A stretch of 30,359 nt of DNA, from contig JBHIAV010000034.1 of assembly GCA_046758745.1 (NCBI GenBank), positions 1 through 30,359 of the forward strand. The letters run 5' to 3'. Both the position numbers and the translations under genes were made by a program. Of this stretch, positions 26,352 through 30,359 are shown in pieces (the stretch's first letter is position 1; every line of letters starts with the position of its first letter). Source of the stretch: Gemmatimonadota bacterium (GTDB taxonomy: Bacteria; Gemmatimonadota; Gemmatimonadetes; Palauibacterales; Palauibacteraceae). The notes under the pieces were generated by a model, which ran no database searches, was not told where the DNA came from, and saw only the letters and a program-made list of their open reading frames with translations.

Positions 26352-28175
26352 ATGTTGATGGGGAAGATTCGCGACAACACGAAGTGGATCATGCTCATGC
26401 TGGCGCTGGCCTTCGCCGCGTGGCTGGTCCTCGACTGGGTCCAGAGCCGTCAGACGACGGCGGCCACCGGACCCAACCCGGTCGTCGGGGTGGTCAACGG
26501 ACGCGAGATCCGGTACGCCGAGTGGAGCCGCTACCTCGACGTACAGTTGCAGCAGGCGCGTCAGCGCGTCGCCGGGTCCCTCACCGACGAGCAGCGGCGT
26601 CAGGTGACCCAGGACAGTTGGGAGGATCTGATCAACGCCATTCTGATCGAGCAGGAGCTGGATCGCCTCGGCATCGGTGTGAGCGACGAGGAGGTTCGCC
26701 AGGCATTCCGAATCAGCCCGCCCCCGGACCTCATGCTTCATCCGGCCTTCCAGACGGACGGTGTCTTCGACTACGACAAGTATCAGGAATTCTTCTCGAA
26801 TCCGGGGGTCGACGAGACGCTTCTCCTCCAGATCGAGGCGTACTACAGGGACGCCCTGCCGCGGCAGAAGCTCTCGAGCCAGCTGTCGGACGGCGTCTTC
26901 GTGAGCGACGCCGAGCTCTGGCACTATTACCGTGAGCGGAACGAGACGGCCACGGTGAGCTTCGTGAGCATCGACCCGGACGCCGAAGTGGCGGACGACT
27001 CGGTTCCCGTCACCGCCACGGAGGTGGAGCGATATTATCGCTCGCATAGCGGCGATTTCGCACGGCCGGCGACGGCGGTCGTGCATATCGTAAGCCTCTC
27101 CGCCGCACCGACGCCGGCGGACACGGCCGCGGCACGCGCGAGGGCGGACTCGCTGCGCCAGGTAATCCAGACCGGTCAGCAGAGCTTCGATGAGGTCGCG
27201 GCGGCCGCCTCGGACGATTCGGCCAGCGCCACGGACGGCGGGCAGCTCGGACGGTTCGGCCGCGGTCAGCTCGTCCCATCGCTCGACGAGGCTGCGTTCT
27301 CGCTACGGCCGGGGACGGTATCGGAGCCTGTCCTCTCGCCGTCGGGCTTTCATCTGCTGAGGGTCGATGCTCGATCCGGAGACACGGTCACGGCGCGCCA
27401 CATCCTGGTAGCCATCCGGCTCTCGCCCGAGGGTGAAGACGAGCTGTTCGACCAGCTCGACCGCCTTGAGGGGGTGGCGCTCCGGGAGGGTCTCGAGGCG
27501 GCGGCCGACTCGGTGAACGTGCCGCTCCGGCGCGGGGTGACGCTCACGCGCGGGTTCGATTTCGTGCCCGGTGCCGGTTCGCTCGGCGTCGGTGTCGACT
27601 GGGCATTTCAGCCCGGAACGCTCGTAGGCGATGTAAGCGACTTCTTCGAGAATCAGTCCGGATACCACATCCTGGAGCTTCTGGATCGTGCGGAGGAAGG
27701 CGCCTTCGAACTCGAGGAGGTGCGACCCCAGATCGAGCGGATCCTCCGGGCCGAGCGGAAGAAGGAACGCGCGCGAGAGATGGCGGACCGGTTGGTCGAC
27801 CTCGTGTCGAAGGGGGCTTCACTCGAGGAGGCGAGCGACCAGCTCGGATGGACGACGCGGACGGCCGGCCCGTTCACCCGAACCGAGTTCGTGGATGGCC
27901 TCGGACGCGACACGCCAGCCGTTGGCGCGGCTTTCGGCCTTCCGGTAGGAGCGACGAGCGGACCCCTCGACGCCGGCGACCGGATCGTGGTGCTACGGGT
28001 GGACGCGCGCCAGGAGGCCAGCCGCGAAGAGTTCCAGACGACCAAGGAGCCGCTACGGGCACAGCTGATCTTTCAGCGGCGGCAGGAAAAGGTGACGCGC
28101 TGGCTCCAGGCCCTCAGAGAGACCGCCGAGGTGGTAGATCTCAGAGACCGGCTAACCGTTAACGCCGCGACGTAG
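26352..28175 (+). CDS. ppiD: PpiD/SurA-family membrane-anchored periplasmic chaperone, parvulin-type PPIase
   Basis: MGKIR followed by a TM anchor; SurA N-terminal-like domain (VVNGREI, LIEQELDRLGIGVSDEEV, GVFDYDKY); parvulin motifs SDD, GGQLG, SEPVLSPSGFHLL and ARHIL. Confidence 0.85.
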   Translation: MLMGKIRDNTKWIMLMLALAFAAWLVLDWVQSRQTTAATGPNPVVGVVNGREIRYAEWSRYLDVQLQQARQRVAGSLTDEQRRQVTQDSWEDLINAILIEQELDRLGIGVSDEEVRQAFRISPPPDLMLHPAFQTDGVFDYDKYQEFFSNPGVDETLLLQIEAYYRDALPRQKLSSQLSDGVFVSDAELWHYYRERNETATVSFVSIDPDAEVADDSVPVTATEVERYYRSHSGDFARPATAVVHIVSLSAAPTPADTAAARARADSLRQVIQTGQQSFDEVAAAASDDSASATDGGQLGRFGRGQLVPSLDEAAFSLRPGTVSEPVLSPSGFHLLRVDARSGDTVTARHILVAIRLSPEGEDELFDQLDRLEGVALREGLEAAADSVNVPLRRGVTLTRGFDFVPGAGSLGVGVDWAFQPGTLVGDVSDFFENQSGYHILELLDRAEEGAFELEEVRPQIERILRAERKKERAREMADRLVDLVSKGASLEEASDQLGWTTRTAGPFTRTEFVDGLGRDTPAVGAAFGLPVGATSGPLDAGDRIVVLRVDARQEASREEFQTTKEPLRAQLIFQRRQEKVTRWLQALRETAEVVDLRDRLTVNAAT

Positions 28176-28288
28176 CGCCACACGGTCGGCGTCGCGACAT
28201 GGCGGCCGGCACGCGACTCCGGCTCACACGGCGGCTGGAGCAGGGTGCCTGAAGGCCCCTCGCGGCGTTGTTGGTCCCTTGGGGGGCG

Positions 28289-28513
28289 TCAGGTCGTGGT
28301 CTCGTCCTTCTTCTTGGTCGACTGGCTCGATGCCGAGCTCTCGTCGCCGCTTTCGATCTCCTTGATCTCCTCCTCCACCTGCGTCAGCGAGCCCTTGAAC
28401 TCGCGGATCCCACGACCGAGGGAACGACCGATCTCCGGCAGCCGCTTGGCACCGAAGAGGAGGAGCAGGACGAACAGGATGAGGAGAATCTCCCACATCC
28501 CGAGGTTACCCAT
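28289..28513 (-). CDS. tatA: Twin-arginine translocase TatA/TatE subunit
   Basis: [44 protein letters not shown] upstream. Confidence 0.96.
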   Translation of the reverse strand: MGNLGMWEILLILFVLLLLFGAKRLPEIGRSLGRGIREFKGSLTQVEEEIKEIESGDESSASSQSTKKKDETTT

Positions 28514-28539
28514 GTCTCAGGCCTCCGCGCGAGGAATCG

Positions 28540-28827
28540 TCAGAGCAACGACCTGGCGAACCAGGCCAGTAGTATTATCCCGACGACGCTCAGAATGTTC
28601 AGCCGCAGGATCAGGGGCCCGAGCGTGACGGCCACCACCAGCAGATCCACGGTAAGCGGTCCGAGCGACGCCGAGACGGTCGTGATGAAGAACTCACGGG
28701 CGGCACTCGCCGGGAGGGCGAGGGCCATCAGCTCGGTGAGGAGCGAGCCGAGCAGCATCCCGCCCGCCAGGATGAGCCCGACTCTCCCGGCTGTGGGTTT
28801 GCGACGTCCGCCGAAGTCAACGCTCAC
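28540..28827 (-). CDS. Small membrane protein, DUF4321-like
   Basis: The GTG at 28827 overlaps the upstream stop (GTGA). Pattern: TM, then LGPLTVDLLVVAVTLG..LRLNILSVVGIILL. The family is recognised from memory, not from a search. Confidence 0.65.
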   Translation of the reverse strand: MSVDFGGRRKPTAGRVGLILAGGMLLGSLLTELMALALPASAAREFFITTVSASLGPLTVDLLVVAVTLGPLILRLNILSVVGIILLAWFARSLL

Positions 28828-29810
28828 CGCTGCCGTTCCAACACGTAGTCGACAGCGGCCCCGAGCAGTTGGACGCTCGGCTCCTCGGGGAGCGCGGCGA
28901 GGTGACCCCGCGCGCGCGCCCCGAACTCCTCGGCACACCGACGGCTGTACTCCAGCCCTCCCTCGCCTTCGATCATCTCGACCGCCTGGGACACCAGGGA
29001 TTCGGAAGGCGCCGGATCGGCGAACAGCTCCTCGATGAGGGCCCGCGCGGGAGCCGCCAGCTTCGGCAGGGCCGCTATCAGGGGGAGTGTGACCTTGTGC
29101 TCTCGGAGGTCCAGGCCGCTGGGTTTCCCCGTCACGTCGGACTCGGCGGTGTAATCGAGCAGATCATCAACGATCTGGAAAGCCATCCCCAAGTCGTGCC
29201 CGAAGCTTCGCAGGGGCTCGCGGTATTCGCTCCGTCCGAAGAGCGCGCCGAGCTCGCACGCCGCCGACATGAGCGAAGCGGTCTTGCACTCGCACAGCCG
29301 GTAATAGTCCTCCTCGGTCATCCCCAGCGTGTCGTGCGCGCAGAGCTGCCGCATCTCGCCGATCGTCATCCGGTTGGCGGCCATGGCGAGAATACGGATC
29401 GCGTCGACGGAGCGCAGCTGCGTGATCTCGACCACCGCCCTCGAGTACAGGTAGTCGCCCATGATGATCGCGACCTGGTGGGTCCAGCGAGAGTTCACCG
29501 TGGGCATACCGCGGCGCTGTGGGGAGTGGTCGATGGCGTCGTCGTGAACGAGGGTGGCCACATGCAGCAGCTCCACGACGGCGCCGAGAGGGATCGCAGC
29601 CTCCGATGGGCGGCCTCCCACTTCGTTGGAGAGGAGAAGGAGGGTCGGCCGAAGCAGCTTCCCCCGTGAGGAGAGGATGTGCTCGTTGACGTCATCGATC
29701 GCCTGGAAGTCCGCCGTGACCATCGAACCGAGCATCCGCTCCACGCCGGCGAGCCGGTCGTACACGAGAGCTTGCAGGGATTCGAGCCTCGGCAGCGCGG
29801 CTTCGAGCAT
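28824..29810 (-). CDS. Long-chain trans-polyprenyl diphosphate synthase (IspB/HepT-like)
   Basis: GKLLRP, ELLHVATLVHDDAID (first Asp-rich motif), RRG, GDYL, KTA, FQIVDDLLD and GKPSGLDLREHKVTLP. ATG at 29810 with a GGAG RBS. Confidence 0.95.
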   Translation of the reverse strand: MLEAALPRLESLQALVYDRLAGVERMLGSMVTADFQAIDDVNEHILSSRGKLLRPTLLLLSNEVGGRPSEAAIPLGAVVELLHVATLVHDDAIDHSPQRRGMPTVNSRWTHQVAIIMGDYLYSRAVVEITQLRSVDAIRILAMAANRMTIGEMRQLCAHDTLGMTEEDYYRLCECKTASLMSAACELGALFGRSEYREPLRSFGHDLGMAFQIVDDLLDYTAESDVTGKPSGLDLREHKVTLPLIAALPKLAAPARALIEELFADPAPSESLVSQAVEMIEGEGGLEYSRRCAEEFGARARGHLAALPEEPSVQLLGAAVDYVLERQR

Positions 29811-29852
29811 GATCACTCCGGACGGGAGACGGCGACCGGGAACCGGCCGCGC

Positions 29853-29882
29853 AATGTAGAGAGGCTGCGGCGAGACTGTCAA
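29853..29882 (-). promoter_or_regulatory. Sigma70-type promoter for the polyprenyl synthase-DUF4321-tatA operon
   Basis: Minus strand TTGACA-N18-TACATT, with the -10 box ending about 42 nt upstream of the ATG at 29810. Confidence 0.7.
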
Positions 29883-30254
29883 AGGGGGGAAGAGCAGCAA
29901 GTTAACCTCGGGAAGAGTCAAACACTTCGGGGTTGTCGCTCGATAGCTCGGAGCGAAAAGGCCCGTCCTACCGCCGCGCCGTAGGCCCGCAGCCGGCCGC
30001 CGCGGCTCCGTCGACACCCGAAAACGCCGCACACGATTCCCGCTGCACGAGCGACTTGCATTCTGCCATGACAGCCGGTTCATCTCCCCGGCGAGTGTAC
30101 GCGCGGGCGATCGCCGACGGAACAGCTGTACCACCGTGATACACCCAGCGTGCCGGTGCGTGCAGCTTCGACTCTTTCTAATCCCCTACTTTGACTAGCC
30201 TTACGAGATTTCATGCTGCGGACGGTACCGGGCTTGCTTGTGGAGTTCGGCGAG

Positions 30255-30294
30255 TGAACGAGCTGCCGGTAGGGACTGAACGAGCTGCCGGCAG
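30255..30294. repeat. 18-bp direct repeat, two copies, 22-bp period
   Basis: TGAACGAGCTGCCGGTAG (30255-72) and TGAACGAGCTGCCGGCAG (30277-94), 17/18 identical. Confidence 0.85.
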
Positions 30295-30317
30295 TCCTTA
30301 GAGAGGAGAGAATCAAG

Positions 30318-30359
30318 ATGAATATCCGCAGCAAGTGGTTATCGCTGGCGCTGGTTGTG
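30318..30359 (+). CDS. 5' end of a probable exported protein (truncated by the window edge)
   Basis: A strong GAGAGGAG RBS at 30301 precedes ATG 30318. MNIRSKWLSLALVV resembles the start of a signal peptide. Confidence 0.6.
   Translation, partial: MNIRSKWLSLALVV

Noticed and set aside
28176..28288. Bidirectional intrinsic terminator between ppiD and tatA (also the 7413-7523 gap)
   Set aside because: Only weak GC stems without U-tracts are present, which is not enough to call.
30191..30217. Sigma70 promoter TTGACT...CATGCT for the last gene
   Set aside because: The spacer is only 15 nt and the -10 box is weak, so it cannot be supported.

Overview
High-GC (roughly 68-70% by eye) bacterial chromosomal segment from a diderm. 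Gene content and protein style suggest Gemmatimonadota, which is my inference only. There are about 26 real genes, and most ORFs in the six-frame track are GC-rich shadow frames. Left end (+, 1-5257): a four-gene synthase-dependent exopolysaccharide-like locus encoding a TPR/outer-membrane barrel protein whose 5' part is cut off or frameshifted, a PgaC/IcaA-type GT2 synthase, a 69-aa single-TM protein and a membrane-anchored multidomain CE4-type deacetylase. It is followed by a glutamate-cysteine-ligase-family protein fused to a CBS pair. Middle (-, 26049 to 7524): a tightly coupled run of 16 housekeeping and envelope genes (TPR/IDR protein, aroQ, Xaa-Pro peptidase, efp, accB, accC, ComB-like phosphatase, ftsK, lolA, rimO, hemL, SpoIID-family lipoprotein, small OM barrel, Gfo/Idh/MocA protein, lnt, class-V PLP enzyme) behind a clear TTGACA-N18-TATCTT promoter. 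Right end: ppiD/SurA-like (+), a polyprenyl synthase-DUF4321-like-tatA operon (-) and the first 14 codons of a secreted protein (+). I found no rRNA, tRNA, CRISPR, integrase or transposase. The most notable items are the hybrid-looking EPS locus, the GCL-CBS fusion, a tandem amplification of an RBS/stop/start junction and a probable pseudo-catalytic Gfo/Idh/MocA protein.
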